The notes beneath the pieces were generated by a model. That model saw nothing but the letters and a program-made list of their open reading frames with translations. It had not been told where the DNA came from and made no database searches. From Dehalococcoidia bacterium (GTDB lineage: Bacteria; Chloroflexota; Dehalococcoidia; JAUQQI01), in the NCBI GenBank assembly GCA_042408785.1, contig JBHOQU010000110.1:2691-66690 (forward strand): 64,000 nucleotides of DNA. Direction: 5' to 3'. Positions 7,702-17,787 of this stretch are shown here, piece by piece. The position numbers were made by a program, and so were the translations under genes. Within the stretch, counting starts at the first letter, position 1, and each line of letters starts with the position of its first letter.

Positions 7702-10029
7702 TTACTCCGGCCGGGACCGGCGGGCTTCGGCGATGGCCCGCAGGACCCTTTCGGGGGTGAGGGGCATATCGATGTGGCGCACGCCGAGGGGGGCAAGGGC
7801 GTCCACCACGGCGTTGACGACGGCCGGGGGCGCCCCAATGGTGCCGGCCTCGCCCACCCCCTTAACCCCGAGGGGGTTGTTAGGGGTGGGAGTCTCCGTC
7901 TTGTCGACAATAAAGGCCGGCAGGTCATCGGCCCGGGGGAGGGCGTAATCCATCAGACTGCCCGTAAGAAGCTGGCCGTTCTCATCGTAGGCAACCCTTT
8001 CCAGGAGGGCCTGGCCGATGCCCTGGGCCAAGCCCCCGTGAACCTGCCCCTCGACCAGCAGGGGATTGATCACCCGACCGCAGTCGTCCACCGCCACCAT
8101 TTTCTCCAGCCGAACCACCCCCGTTTCGGCGTCGACCCTGACCACCGCCACGTAAGCCCCGAAGGAGTAGCTTTCCTGGGGCGCCTGGAAATAGGCGGCG
8201 GCCTCCAGGCCGGGTTCGATGCCCGGGACCGGGGCCCGACTGTAGGCGGCCCGGGCCACCTGCTCGAGGGTTACCGCCCGCCCCGGGGCTCCCCGGACGA
8301 AGATTTTGCCGCCCTCATAGACCAGGTCCTCGGGGGCAGCCTCGAGCAGGTGGGCAGCCACCTGGAGGGCCTTCTGCTTTACCCGCTCGGCCGCCACCAC
8401 CAGGGCGCTGCCGGCCAGGGCCGCGCTCCGCGACCCGAAGGTGCCGATCCCCACCGGCACCACTGCCGTATCCCCGTAGCGCACCCGGATGTTTTCGATG
8501 GGCACCCCAAGCTGGTCGGCCACCAGCTGGGCGAAGGTGGTCTCGTGGCCCTGGCCGTGGGGCACCGCGCCGGTCAGAACCGTTACCCGGCCGCTGGGCT
8601 CGACCCGGACGACCCCGCTCTCCCAGCCCTGGGCCGAAAGTTCCACGTAGGTTGCCAGGCCGATGCCTAGACATTCGCCCCGCTCCCGGGCCCGGGCCTG
8701 TTCCCGACGGAGGTCGTCATAGCCCACCAGCTCCAGGGCCCGGTCCAGGGCGGCCTCGTAGTTGCCGCTGTCGTAGACCACCCCGGTGGCCGTGCGGTAT
8801 GGGAACTGCTCCGGCCGGATGAAGTTTCGACGTCGGACCTCCGCCGGGTCGAGTCCCAGCTCCCGGGCCACCGTATCCATCAGCCGCTCGGCGACGAAGG
8901 CCGCCTCGGGCCGCCCGGCCCCCCGGTAGGGCCCGGTGGGAATCGTGTTCGTGAAGACGGTCGTCACCCGGCTCCGAACGTTAGGGATATCGTAGGCGCC
9001 GACGCAGTAGACCGGGGTCCGGAGGGGCGGCATGGCCGTGCTCAACTGGAGAAAGGCGCCCAGGTTGTAGATGCTTTCGACCTTGAGGCCTAGCACCCGG
9101 CCGTCGGCGGTAACGGCCGCCTCGACGTAGTCCACCTCCTCCCGGGCCTGCATGGTGCTCAGGAGGTCCTCACTTCGGGTTGCCACCCAGCGCACCGGGC
9201 GGCCCAGCATCCGGGCCAGGTGGGCGGTGAGCACCTCCTCCCGGTAAGCACAGCCTTTCGACCCGAACCCGCCCCCCACATCCGGGGCGATAACCCGGAC
9301 CCGGTGGTCCGGGATGCCCAGGACGGTCGCCAGGGCGCTGCGAACGTTGTAAACCGACTGGGTGGAGACCCAGACGGTAAGCTCGCCGGCGGCCGGGTCA
9401 TAGGCGGCCAGGACTCCCCTGGGCTCCATGGCCACGGCCGCGATACGGGAGTGGGCAATCTTAAGGCGAACGACCCGGTCGGCCCGGGCGAAGGCCGCCT
9501 CTACATCCCCGCCCTCCCGGCCGAAGGTATAGGCGACGTTGGTGCCGAGCTCCGGGTGGACCAGGGGCGCGCCCGGCTTTAGGGCCTCTTCCGGGTCGAC
9601 CACGGCCGGGCCGGGCTCATATTCGGCGTCGATCAGCTCTAAGGCGTCCCGGGCCAGGGCCGGGGTTTCGGCCGCCACCGCCGCGACGGGCTCCCCAACG
9701 GCCCGAACCCGGTCCCGGGCAAGCAGGGGGTGGGGCGGGACCCGCATCCCCCCCACCACCCGGTTGACGGGCATCTCCCCCAGCCCGGCCACATCTTCGC
9801 CGGTTAAAACCGCCACGACCCCCGGCAGGGCCCGGGCCCGGGAGACATCCAGCCGGCGGATGTGGGCACTGGCATACGGGCTCCGAAGAAAGGCGACGAA
9901 AAGGGTGCCGGGAAGCCGGATGTCGGCCACGTACCGGGCCGCGCCAGTGATGAACCTGGGGTCCTCAACCCGCTTGGTGGGGGCGCCGATCAGCCTGCCG
10001 GCGGCGGTGACCATGCTCCAGGCCTCCAA
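7702..10029 (-). CDS. xanthine dehydrogenase / aldehyde oxidase family molybdopterin-binding large subunit
   Basis: 775 aa; N-terminal a/b-hammerhead (KRVEDPRFITGAARYVADIRLPG) and Mo-binding domains. Confidence 0.8.
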   Translation of the reverse strand: MEAWSMVTAAGRLIGAPTKRVEDPRFITGAARYVADIRLPGTLFVAFLRSPYASAHIRRLDVSRARALPGVVAVLTGEDVAGLGEMPVNRVVGGMRVPPHPLLARDRVRAVGEPVAAVAAETPALARDALELIDAEYEPGPAVVDPEEALKPGAPLVHPELGTNVAYTFGREGGDVEAAFARADRVVRLKIAHSRIAAVAMEPRGVLAAYDPAAGELTVWVSTQSVYNVRSALATVLGIPDHRVRVIAPDVGGGFGSKGCAYREEVLTAHLARMLGRPVRWVATRSEDLLSTMQAREEVDYVEAAVTADGRVLGLKVESIYNLGAFLQLSTAMPPLRTPVYCVGAYDIPNVRSRVTTVFTNTIPTGPYRGAGRPEAAFVAERLMDTVARELGLDPAEVRRRNFIRPEQFPYRTATGVVYDSGNYEAALDRALELVGYDDLRREQARARERGECLGIGLATYVELSAQGWESGVVRVEPSGRVTVLTGAVPHGQGHETTFAQLVADQLGVPIENIRVRYGDTAVVPVGIGTFGSRSAALAGSALVVAAERVKQKALQVAAHLLEAAPEDLVYEGGKIFVRGAPGRAVTLEQVARAAYSRAPVPGIEPGLEAAAYFQAPQESYSFGAYVAVVRVDAETGVVRLEKMVAVDDCGRVINPLLVEGQVHGGLAQGIGQALLERVAYDENGQLLTGSLMDYALPRADDLPAFIVDKTETPTPNNPLGVKGVGEAGTIGAPPAVVNAVVDALAPLGVRHIDMPLTPERVLRAIAEARRSRPE

Positions 10030-10096
10030 AGCTAGGTTTGCGCAAGGGGACCAACCGGACTATTATATAGCAGTCAAAGGCGCTGGAGGGACCCAG

Positions 10097-11311
10097 GTGA
10101 CCCACCACCCGACGACCGCAAGCGTTGCCGTCCCCCGGACCGGAGCCGACCGGCTTGTGCCGCTGACCGTCATCGGGAGCCACGCCGTTCAGCACGCTTA
10201 CGGCCAGGGCTTTCTGGTGATTCTGCCGGCGGTGTACGCCGGCCTGGGACTAGGGCCGCTGGAGGCCGGCCTCATCGACAGCGTCCGCAGGCTCACCGGC
10301 GGCATCACCAGCATGGGTGGGGGCCTGGTGGTGGACCGGCTCCAGCAGTACCGGGGGGTCATGCTTGCCCTGGCCCTCGGCCTGATGGGGGCCGGCTATT
10401 TCCTGGCGGCCGCTGCCCCCTCGTATCCGCTGCTGGTGCTGGCTTTCGGCCTGGCAACGGGGGCCGGGTCCCTCTGGCACCCGCCGGCCCTGAGCATCCT
10501 TTCCCAGCGGTTTCCGGGCCGGCGGGGCCTGCTCATTGCCCTGCACCGGGCCAGCGGCAGTATCGGGGACACGGTCGGCCCGATGCTGGTGGGGGTGCTG
10601 CTCCGGCTCACCGACTGGCGAACGGTCCTGCAGGGTTCACTGGTGCCGGCCGGGGTTGTGGCCGTGGGCCTTGCCCTGGTTCTCCGGTCAGCCGCCGGGG
10701 CTTCGGCTGGGGGAACGGCCGCCGCCTCCCCCAGCTTCCGGGCAGTGCTGGGGTCGCTGGTCAGGCTCTTCCGGGCGGGCTCCCTGCCCCGGCTCATGGC
10801 GGTGGCCGGCCTTAGGGGCATGGCCGACAACGCCCTGCTGGTATTTTTACCCCTCTACCTGAGCGAGGTCCTGCGGCTGGACCCGGTAACCGTTGGCTTC
10901 CACGTTTCCCTGCTGACGGGGCTGGGGATAGTTTCGGGGCCGCTGCTTGGGGGCCTTTCGGACCGGGCCGGCCGCAAGCAAGTGGTGCTGGGGGTTATGG
11001 GGGTCTCGGCCCTGCTGGCGGCGGCGATGGGACTGGTGGGCCAGGATATCGGCCTGACGGTTCTGGTGGCACTGATGGGGTCGGTCCTCTACGCGGCCAA
11101 CCCGATCCTGCAGGCGGCGGCCATGGACATTGCCGAGGGCCTCCGGCTGGAGGGGAGCATGATCGGCCTGATGTGGGGAAACAATGCCCTCTTTGCGGCC
11201 ATCTCCCCACTGATTCTGGGCCTTCTGGCCCACTTTTTCGGCCTCGGGGTGGTCTTCTGGTATGCCCTGGCCCTCTACCTGGCCGGGGCTTTGTTAACCG
11301 TTACCCTCTGA
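10097..11311 (+). CDS. MFS transporter
   Basis: GTG 10097 after RBS GGAGGGA; 12-TM pattern; the listed ORF 9539.. is an upstream in-frame extension overlapping the XDH gene. Confidence 0.7.
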   Translation: MTHHPTTASVAVPRTGADRLVPLTVIGSHAVQHAYGQGFLVILPAVYAGLGLGPLEAGLIDSVRRLTGGITSMGGGLVVDRLQQYRGVMLALALGLMGAGYFLAAAAPSYPLLVLAFGLATGAGSLWHPPALSILSQRFPGRRGLLIALHRASGSIGDTVGPMLVGVLLRLTDWRTVLQGSLVPAGVVAVGLALVLRSAAGASAGGTAAASPSFRAVLGSLVRLFRAGSLPRLMAVAGLRGMADNALLVFLPLYLSEVLRLDPVTVGFHVSLLTGLGIVSGPLLGGLSDRAGRKQVVLGVMGVSALLAAAMGLVGQDIGLTVLVALMGSVLYAANPILQAAAMDIAEGLRLEGSMIGLMWGNNALFAAISPLILGLLAHFFGLGVVFWYALALYLAGALLTVTL

Positions 11312-11382
11312 TCCGGGCCGCCTATTGCGCGGCCGGTGGTGACTGCCCAAAATACTGGTGACCCCAGATAAGGAGGTGTGTA

Positions 11383-12285
11383 ATGCGGCGGGATATCGAG
11401 TTCAATGCTGAAGGTGTGACCCTGCGGGGCTGGTTTTACTACCCCGACGACGCTACGGGTCCGGTTCCCACGGTCGTCATGGCCCACGGCTTTTCGGCCG
11501 TTAAGGAAATGTACCTGGACCGGTACGCCGAGGTGTTCAGCCAGGCGGGCCTTGGGGTGCTGGTCTTCGATAACCGGAACTTCGGGGCCAGCGACGGCGA
11601 GCCGCGGCAGGAGATCGACCCGTGGGCTCAGGTTCGGGATTACCGGCACGCCATAACCTTTGCCCGGACTTTGCCCGAAGTGGACCGGGAAAGGATCGGG
11701 GTTTGGGGCAGCAGCTACAGCGGCGGCCACGTTCTGGTCCTGGGGGCCATCGACCGGCGGGTCAAGTGCGTTGTGTCCCAGGTGCCCCTGGTCAGCGGCT
11801 ATCGGAACGTCTTGCGGCTGGTGCGCAACGACCTCATCCCTCAGCTCCGGGCCCAATTCGACGCCGACCGAGAGGCCAGGTTCCGGGGCCAACCCCCGGC
11901 CATGGTCGCGGTGGTTGCCGAGGACCCAACAAAGACACCCTGCGCCCTACCTACGCCGGACTCTTGGCAGTGGTTCACCGAGACCGGACGGACCCGGGCA
12001 CCGGCCTGGCGCAACGAGGTCACTTTAAGGTCGGTGGAGATGCTGATGGAGTACGAGCCCTGGGTGTACATCGACCGGATTGCGCCCACGCCGCTGCTGA
12101 TGGTGGTGGCGGCCAACGACGTGCTCACCCCAACGGACCTGGCCCTCGAGGCCTACAACCGGGCCCTGGAGCCGAAGAAACTGGTCATACTACCCGGCGG
12201 GCATTTTGACGCTTATACGACCGACTTTGAACTGGCCGCGGGGGCGGCCCGGGACTGGTTTGTCCAGCACCTGACCGGGGCCTGA
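11383..12285 (+). CDS. alpha/beta-fold hydrolase
   Basis: RBS AAGGAGG; nucleophile elbow GVWGSSYSGG; 300 aa. Confidence 0.7.
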   Translation: MRRDIEFNAEGVTLRGWFYYPDDATGPVPTVVMAHGFSAVKEMYLDRYAEVFSQAGLGVLVFDNRNFGASDGEPRQEIDPWAQVRDYRHAITFARTLPEVDRERIGVWGSSYSGGHVLVLGAIDRRVKCVVSQVPLVSGYRNVLRLVRNDLIPQLRAQFDADREARFRGQPPAMVAVVAEDPTKTPCALPTPDSWQWFTETGRTRAPAWRNEVTLRSVEMLMEYEPWVYIDRIAPTPLLMVVAANDVLTPTDLALEAYNRALEPKKLVILPGGHFDAYTTDFELAAGAARDWFVQHLTGA

Positions 12286-12338
12286 CGCTGACCAGCGGCG
12301 CCGAAAACCGGGAAAGCCCTGGCTGAAACCCAGGCCGG

Positions 12339-12367
12339 TTGACAAGTCGGGCGCAGAGGGGTATAAT
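12339..12367 (+). promoter_or_regulatory. consensus sigma-A promoter TTGACA-17-TATAAT
   Basis: Exact -35 at 12339..12344 and exact -10 at 12362..12367, 20 nt upstream of the GntR start. Confidence 0.55.
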
Positions 12368-12386
12368 CAGCCGAGGCACAGGATAT

Positions 12387-13112
12387 ATGATATACGGTGA
12401 TAACCTGGGGGCAGTCGGTTCCCGGGTTCGGCGGGGGCCGACCCTCGTCCAGCAGGTTTATGAGGCCATCTGTCAGGACCTGGTAACCGGCCGGCTCGCC
12501 CCCGGCCAGCGCATCGTGCTGGACCGGCTGGCGGCCGAGCTGGGCACGAGCCCGACGCCGGTTCGGGAGGCTCTGGCCCGTCTCACCCAGGAGGGCCTCA
12601 TTATCGCCGGACCTAACGGCCGCCTCCAGGTCATCGACCTGACGCCCCAGTACGTCCTCGACATTTTCCTGGTCCGAGCCGCCCTGGAGGGCCTCGCCGC
12701 CGAGCTGGCGGCGACCCGGATGGACGTGCAGGTCCTCAAGCATCTTCAGGAGGTCCTCGCCGAGGCTACGGCGGCCCTAACCGAGGGCCGCTACGACCTT
12801 TACACCCAGGCCGACGCCCTGCTTCACCGGGCCGTCGCCGAGGCCGCCGGCAATCAGGTCCTCAACCGCAACCTGAAGATGCTCTGGGTCCACGTCGACT
12901 TCATCCGGGGCTATTCCCACCGCACCGCCGGGGAGCATCTGCGGGCCTCCCACGCCGAGCACCTCCAGATTGCGGCCGCCCTGGCGGCCCGGGATCCGGC
13001 CGGCGCCCGCCGGGCGATGGAAGAGCATATCCGGGGGGCCGGGCGGCGGATCGCCCAGCTCATCGATTTCGTCGGCTGGGATTCCCGGCCCCTTCTTGAG
13101 GGGGAGACCTGA
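12387..13112 (+). CDS. GntR-family (FadR/FCD subfamily) transcriptional regulator
   Basis: N-terminal wHTH (RIVLDRLAAELGTSPTPVREALARLTQEGLI) plus all-helical FCD domain; short leader from the predicted TSS. Confidence 0.75.
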   Translation: MIYGDNLGAVGSRVRRGPTLVQQVYEAICQDLVTGRLAPGQRIVLDRLAAELGTSPTPVREALARLTQEGLIIAGPNGRLQVIDLTPQYVLDIFLVRAALEGLAAELAATRMDVQVLKHLQEVLAEATAALTEGRYDLYTQADALLHRAVAEAAGNQVLNRNLKMLWVHVDFIRGYSHRTAGEHLRASHAEHLQIAAALAARDPAGARRAMEEHIRGAGRRIAQLIDFVGWDSRPLLEGET

Positions 13113-13131
13113 CCGCCAGCCAGGAGGGACG

Positions 13132-13422
13132 ATGCAGCATAAGTTCTTGATTCACAAAAAAGGCGACCACGTGGGGGTGGCGGTGGCCGAGATCGCCGCC
13201 GGCGAGGTGGTTACCGGCGTCTTCATGGACGACGGGTCCACCATCCAGGTTCGGGCCAACCAGAACATCCCCTTCGGCCACAAGATCGCCATCCAGGCCG
13301 TTGAGCCCGGGGGGATCGTCCTCGAGTACGGGGTTCCCATCGGGCAGGCCCCACGCGGCCTGGCCGTGGGCGACTACGTGCACACCCACAATCTCAAAAG
13401 CTTGAGGTGGGCCAGGTCATGA
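13132..13422 (+). CDS. UxaA-family (altronate/galactarate dehydratase-type) N-terminal SAF-domain subunit
   Basis: ATG after RBS CAGGAGGGA; [18 protein letters not shown]...IPFGHKIA signature of the UxaA N-terminal SAF domain. Confidence 0.65.
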   Translation: MQHKFLIHKKGDHVGVAVAEIAAGEVVTGVFMDDGSTIQVRANQNIPFGHKIAIQAVEPGGIVLEYGVPIGQAPRGLAVGDYVHTHNLKSLRWARS

Positions 13423-14576
13423 GCGCAGAACTTTTCGGCTATCGGCGTCCCGACGGACGGGTAGGCATCCGCAACCACGTGGTTATCCTCCCGGTCGACG
13501 ACATCTCCAACGCCGCCACCGAGGGGGTTGCCCGGCTGATCCCCGGCACCATCCCCCTTCCCCACCACTACGGCCGGCTCCAGTACGGGGCCGACCTCGA
13601 CCTGCTCTTCAGGACCCTCATCGGCACGGGCGCAAACCCCAACGTGGCGGCCGCCGTTGTCATCTGCATCGAGGAGAACTGGGCCCGGAAGGTGGCTGAC
13701 GGCATCGCCTGCACGGGCAAGCCCGTGGCCTGGTTTGCCATCGAGGGCCACGGGGACCTGGAAACCATCGCCCGGGCCGCCCGGCAGGCGAAAGAGTTCC
13801 TCCAGTGGGCCTCTGAGCTGCGCCGGGAGCCCGTTTCCGTTTCCGACCTGCTGGTGGCCATCAAGTGCGGCGAGTCGGATACCACCACCGGCCTGGCCTC
13901 CTGCCCGACGGTGGGGTGGGTAGTCGACCGGCTGGTGGAGATGGGGGCCCGGGTGATCTTCGGGGAGACCTCCGAGCTTACCGGCGGGGAGCACCTGATC
14001 GCCGAGCGGATGGCAACGCCCGAGCTCCGGGAGAAGTTTCTGCGGGTTTACCGGGACTACGTCGACGAGATCGAGCGGCAGGGGGTGGACCTTTTAGGCT
14101 CCCAGCCGACCCAGGGCAACATCGCCGGGGGCCTCTCCACCATTGAGGAGAAGGCCCTCGGCAACATCGAAAAGACCGGCACCAAGCCCATCGTGGGGGT
14201 TCTGGGGCCGGCCGAGGCCCCGCCCCCCGAGCCCGGCCTCTATTTCATGGACACCTCGTCGGCGGCGGCCGAATGCCTCACCCTCCAGGCCGCGGCCGGG
14301 GCGGTGGTCCACTTCTTCCCCACCGGCCAGGGCAACGTGGTGGGTCACCCCATCATGCCGGTCCTGAAAATCACCGCTAACCCCATTACCGCCCGCAAGA
14401 TGGCCGAGCACATCGACCTGGACGTAAGCGGCCTGCTCACCCTTGAACTGAGCCTGCCCCAGGCCGGTCAGCAGCTTTTAGAACTGCTCTACCGGACGGT
14501 GAACGGGCGGCTTACGGCCGCCGAGGCCCTGGGCCACCGGGAATTCGTTCTGACCAAGCTTTACCGGAGCGCCTAG
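13419..14576 (+). CDS. UxaA-family dehydratase C-terminal catalytic subunit
   Basis: ATGA start/stop overlap with the small subunit; RBS GAGGTGG; 385 aa UxaA C-terminal domain. Confidence 0.7.
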   Translation: MSAELFGYRRPDGRVGIRNHVVILPVDDISNAATEGVARLIPGTIPLPHHYGRLQYGADLDLLFRTLIGTGANPNVAAAVVICIEENWARKVADGIACTGKPVAWFAIEGHGDLETIARAARQAKEFLQWASELRREPVSVSDLLVAIKCGESDTTTGLASCPTVGWVVDRLVEMGARVIFGETSELTGGEHLIAERMATPELREKFLRVYRDYVDEIERQGVDLLGSQPTQGNIAGGLSTIEEKALGNIEKTGTKPIVGVLGPAEAPPPEPGLYFMDTSSAAAECLTLQAAAGAVVHFFPTGQGNVVGHPIMPVLKITANPITARKMAEHIDLDVSGLLTLELSLPQAGQQLLELLYRTVNGRLTAAEALGHREFVLTKLYRSA

Positions 14577-14588
14577 TCGGGGAGCGCC

Positions 14589-15497
14589 ATGATTGTGGCC
14601 GGCCCCGAGTTTTACGAGGCCGTCGAACGGGCGGCGGCCGAGGCGTACGTCAGGGCCCTCATCGACGTCCCGGCCGACGTCCGGGCCGCCCTGGAGGCGG
14701 CCCGCCGGCGGGAGATCCACCCCATCGGCAGCCGGGTCCTGGAGCTGGTGGCCCTCAACATCCGGACTGCCGACGAGCACAAAATTTTGGTCTGCCAGGA
14801 CACGGGCACCCCGGTCTACTGGGCCTTTATCGGGTCGGGGCTGGCCGTGGACGGGGCCCGGCTCGAGGCGGCCATCCGGCGGGGGGTGGAGGCGGCGACC
14901 CGGGACCACTCCCTGCGCTCCAGCATCTGCCACCCCATCACCCGGCAGAATCCCCAGACGAACACCGGCTACCGGGTCCCGGTGGTCCACTTCGAGTTCG
15001 CGGCCGGGGCCGACTGCCTGGACCTGGTGATGCTCCCCAAGGGGTCCGGCTCCGAAAACCAGAGCTTTTTAAAGATGCTCAGCCCGGCCGACGGGGTGGC
15101 CGGGGTCAGGCGGTTTATCCTGGAGTCCGTCGTCGAGGCCGGACCCAAGGGCTGCCCGCCCTACATCGTCGGGGTGGGCCTCGGGGGATCGGCCGACCTG
15201 TGCATGGTGCTGGCCAAGCGGGCCCTCCTGCGGCCCATCGGCAGCCGCAACCCCGACCCGGCGGTGGCCGCCCTGGAGGCCGAGCTTCTCGAAGAGGTCA
15301 ACCGGCTGGGGATCGGGCCCCAGGGGCTGGGCGGGGCGGTGACGGCCCTGGCCGTCCACATCGAGCATGCCTATACCCACATTTCCCAGAATCCGGTCGC
15401 CGTTAATATCCAGTGCTGGCGGGGCCTGCGGGCTGCGGCCCGGGTCTACGCCAACGGCCGATGGGAATTGCTTTCCCAATGGCAACCTGGCGGCTGA
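14589..15497 (+). CDS. class-I Fe-S hydro-lyase alpha subunit (fumarate hydratase FumA / L(+)-tartrate dehydratase TtdA type)
   Basis: EFYEAV...KILVCQDTGTPVYW...CHPITRQN motifs of the Fe-S hydro-lyase alpha region. Confidence 0.75.
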   Translation: MIVAGPEFYEAVERAAAEAYVRALIDVPADVRAALEAARRREIHPIGSRVLELVALNIRTADEHKILVCQDTGTPVYWAFIGSGLAVDGARLEAAIRRGVEAATRDHSLRSSICHPITRQNPQTNTGYRVPVVHFEFAAGADCLDLVMLPKGSGSENQSFLKMLSPADGVAGVRRFILESVVEAGPKGCPPYIVGVGLGGSADLCMVLAKRALLRPIGSRNPDPAVAALEAELLEEVNRLGIGPQGLGGAVTALAVHIEHAYTHISQNPVAVNIQCWRGLRAAARVYANGRWELLSQWQPGG

Positions 15498-16063
15498 CCA
15501 CCCCTCTGACCGAGGCTGACGTCCGGCAGCTTCGGGCCGGCGACCTGGTCTTCCTTGACGGCCGGGTCGTGGGCGTCCGGGATGCCACTTTGATCCGCAT
15601 CTTCGACCAGGGGGTTGAACCCCCCATCGACCTCTCGGGGGCGGCGGTACTCCACACCGCCCCGAACGTCCGGCGGGACGGCGACCGGTACGTCCCCCTG
15701 TCGGTGGGAACCACCACCAGCGCCCGGATGGACCGCTTCACCCGGGGCCTCCTGGAGCGGTACGGGGTCCGGGCCATCATCGGCAAGGGGGGCCTCTACC
15801 TGCCCAAAAGCCTGGAAGCCCTTAAACAGTTCGGCGGCTGCTACCTGGCCATCGTCGGGGGTGCGGCCGCCTGGCAGACCCTCCACACCGAGGCCATTGA
15901 GGCCGTCTACTGGGAGGACCTGATGCCCGAGGCCCTCTGGGTCTTCCGGGTCAGGGATTTGGGACCGCTGTTTGTGGCCATCGACAGCCACGGCCGGAGC
16001 CTCTACGCCGAGGTCGGCGCCGAGGCCCGGGCGCGGCTGGGGCAGATTCTGGGCGGGGGGTGA
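15461..16063 (+). CDS. class-I Fe-S hydro-lyase beta subunit (FumB/TtdB type)
   Basis: LVFLDGRVVGVRDATLIR ... AIIGKGG motif; start ambiguous between ATG 15461 and ATG 15479; overlaps the alpha subunit. Confidence 0.7.
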   Translation: MGIAFPMATWRLTTPLTEADVRQLRAGDLVFLDGRVVGVRDATLIRIFDQGVEPPIDLSGAAVLHTAPNVRRDGDRYVPLSVGTTTSARMDRFTRGLLERYGVRAIIGKGGLYLPKSLEALKQFGGCYLAIVGGAAAWQTLHTEAIEAVYWEDLMPEALWVFRVRDLGPLFVAIDSHGRSLYAEVGAEARARLGQILGGG

Positions 16064-17787
16064 GCGCCCTGACCGAACCGGAAACCATTACGACGGACAT
16101 CCTGATCCTAGGCGGCGGTGGGGCCGGAACCCTGGCCGCCCTCCACGCGGCCGACCATCCCAGCCTGAACATTGTGGTGGCCGTGAAGGGCCTGCTGGGC
16201 AAGAGCGGCTGCACCCGGATGGTCCAGGGCGGCTACAACGCCGTCCTACACCCCGACGACTCGGTCGAACGGCACTTCCTCGACACCCTGAAGGGCGGGG
16301 CCTTTATCAACGACCAGGAGCTGGTCTGGGTCCTGGTCAACGGGGCCCCCCGAATGGTGGCCGAGCTGGAGAACCGCTACGGCTGCTTTTTCGACCGCAA
16401 CCCCGACGGCACCATCCACCAGAAACCCTTCGGGGGCCAGACCTTCGACCGGACGGTCCACCGGGGGGACCTTACCGGCATCGAGATTATGGAGCGGCTC
16501 CGACAGGCCCTCCTGGCCTGCGAGTCGGTCCTGGTCCTCGAGGAGCACCGGGCGGTGGGCCTCCTCTGGGACCGGGGCCGGAGTCGCATCTGCGGGGCCC
16601 TGCTGCTGGACATCCGGCGGGGGCGCTTTCTGGTCGTCCGAGCCCGGGCCACCCTGCTGGCCACCGGCGGCGGGCCGACCATGTACCGGCTGGCGACCCC
16701 TTCCCGGGAGAAGAGCCTGGACGGGATCATCCTGGCCTATGAGGCCGGGGCCCGGCTGATGGACATGGAGATGGTCCAGTTCCACCCCACGGCCCTGGTG
16801 GCGCCCGGCTCGGAGCTAAACGGGGCGGTGCTGGAGGAGGGGTTACGGGGGGCCGGGGCTTATCTTTTAAACAGTCAAGGCGAGCGCTTTATGGCCCGCT
16901 ACGACCCGGAGCGGCTGGAACGCTCCACCCGGGACGTGGTTTCCCGGGCCTGCTATCTTGAGATTATGGCCGGCCGGGGCACCCCCAACGGCGGCGTCTG
17001 GCTGGACATCAGCCACCTGGGCCGGGATACGGTCGAGGCCCTCTTTCCGGGTATGGCGGAGCGGACCCGGGCGGCCGGGGCCGACCTGGCCGCCGGCCCG
17101 GTGGAGGTTTCCCCGGCCGCCCACTTCATCATGGGCGGGGTGGAGATGGATGTCCGGTGCCGGACCACCCTGCCCGGCCTTTACGTGGCCGGGGAGGACG
17201 CCGCCGGCGTCCAGGGGGCCAACCGGCTGGGGGGAAACGGGGTGGCCGAATCGACGGTTTTCGGGGCCCTGGCCGGGGACGTGATGGCCGAGGAGGTGGT
17301 GGGCGTGCCCGCCCTGGAGCCGGACCCGGCTGAGGTGACCCGCCACCTTGAGGCGGCCGCGGCGCCCCTTAAGCGGGAGGCCGGGGAGGACGCCTACGGC
17401 CTGCTGGACCGGCTCCGGGAGCTGATGTGGCAGAAGGTTGGGGTTATCCGCGACGGCCCGGCCCTCAAGGCCGCCCTGGCCGAGCTTGCCGACCTTAAGA
17501 CCCGGGCCGACCGGGTGAAGGTCGGCGGCTCCCCGGCCTTTAACCTGGAGTGGCAGCTGGCCCTCAACCTTAAAAACCTGGTCGCGGCCTCGGAGCTGGT
17601 GGCGGCCGCCGCCCTTTTCCGGACGGAGAGCCGGGGTGCCCACTACCGGGCGGATTTTCCGGAGCAGGACGACGAAAACTGGCTCTGCAACGTTACCCTG
17701 GTGCGCACCGAAGACGGGCCCCGCCTGGAAAAGCGGCCGGTCCGGCTCACCCGGTTCAATCCCTTAGCCCCGGGGAGGCGGCTGTGA
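16060..17787 (+). CDS. succinate dehydrogenase / fumarate reductase-type flavoprotein subunit (SdhA/FrdA/NadB family)
   Basis: GTG start overlapping the previous stop; FAD dinucleotide motif DILILGGGGAGTLAA; RSHT-like covalent-FAD region; 575 aa. Confidence 0.75.
   Translation: MSALTEPETITTDILILGGGGAGTLAALHAADHPSLNIVVAVKGLLGKSGCTRMVQGGYNAVLHPDDSVERHFLDTLKGGAFINDQELVWVLVNGAPRMVAELENRYGCFFDRNPDGTIHQKPFGGQTFDRTVHRGDLTGIEIMERLRQALLACESVLVLEEHRAVGLLWDRGRSRICGALLLDIRRGRFLVVRARATLLATGGGPTMYRLATPSREKSLDGIILAYEAGARLMDMEMVQFHPTALVAPGSELNGAVLEEGLRGAGAYLLNSQGERFMARYDPERLERSTRDVVSRACYLEIMAGRGTPNGGVWLDISHLGRDTVEALFPGMAERTRAAGADLAAGPVEVSPAAHFIMGGVEMDVRCRTTLPGLYVAGEDAAGVQGANRLGGNGVAESTVFGALAGDVMAEEVVGVPALEPDPAEVTRHLEAAAAPLKREAGEDAYGLLDRLRELMWQKVGVIRDGPALKAALAELADLKTRADRVKVGGSPAFNLEWQLALNLKNLVAASELVAAAALFRTESRGAHYRADFPEQDDENWLCNVTLVRTEDGPRLEKRPVRLTRFNPLAPGRRL

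Noticed and set aside
9539-10096. N-terminal 186 codons of ORF 9539..11311, upstream of the MFS transporter
   Set aside because: This part overlaps the XDH gene on the opposite strand and is Ser/Arg/Thr-rich junk. A GTG at 10097 with RBS GGAGGGA immediately precedes the first MFS TM helix.
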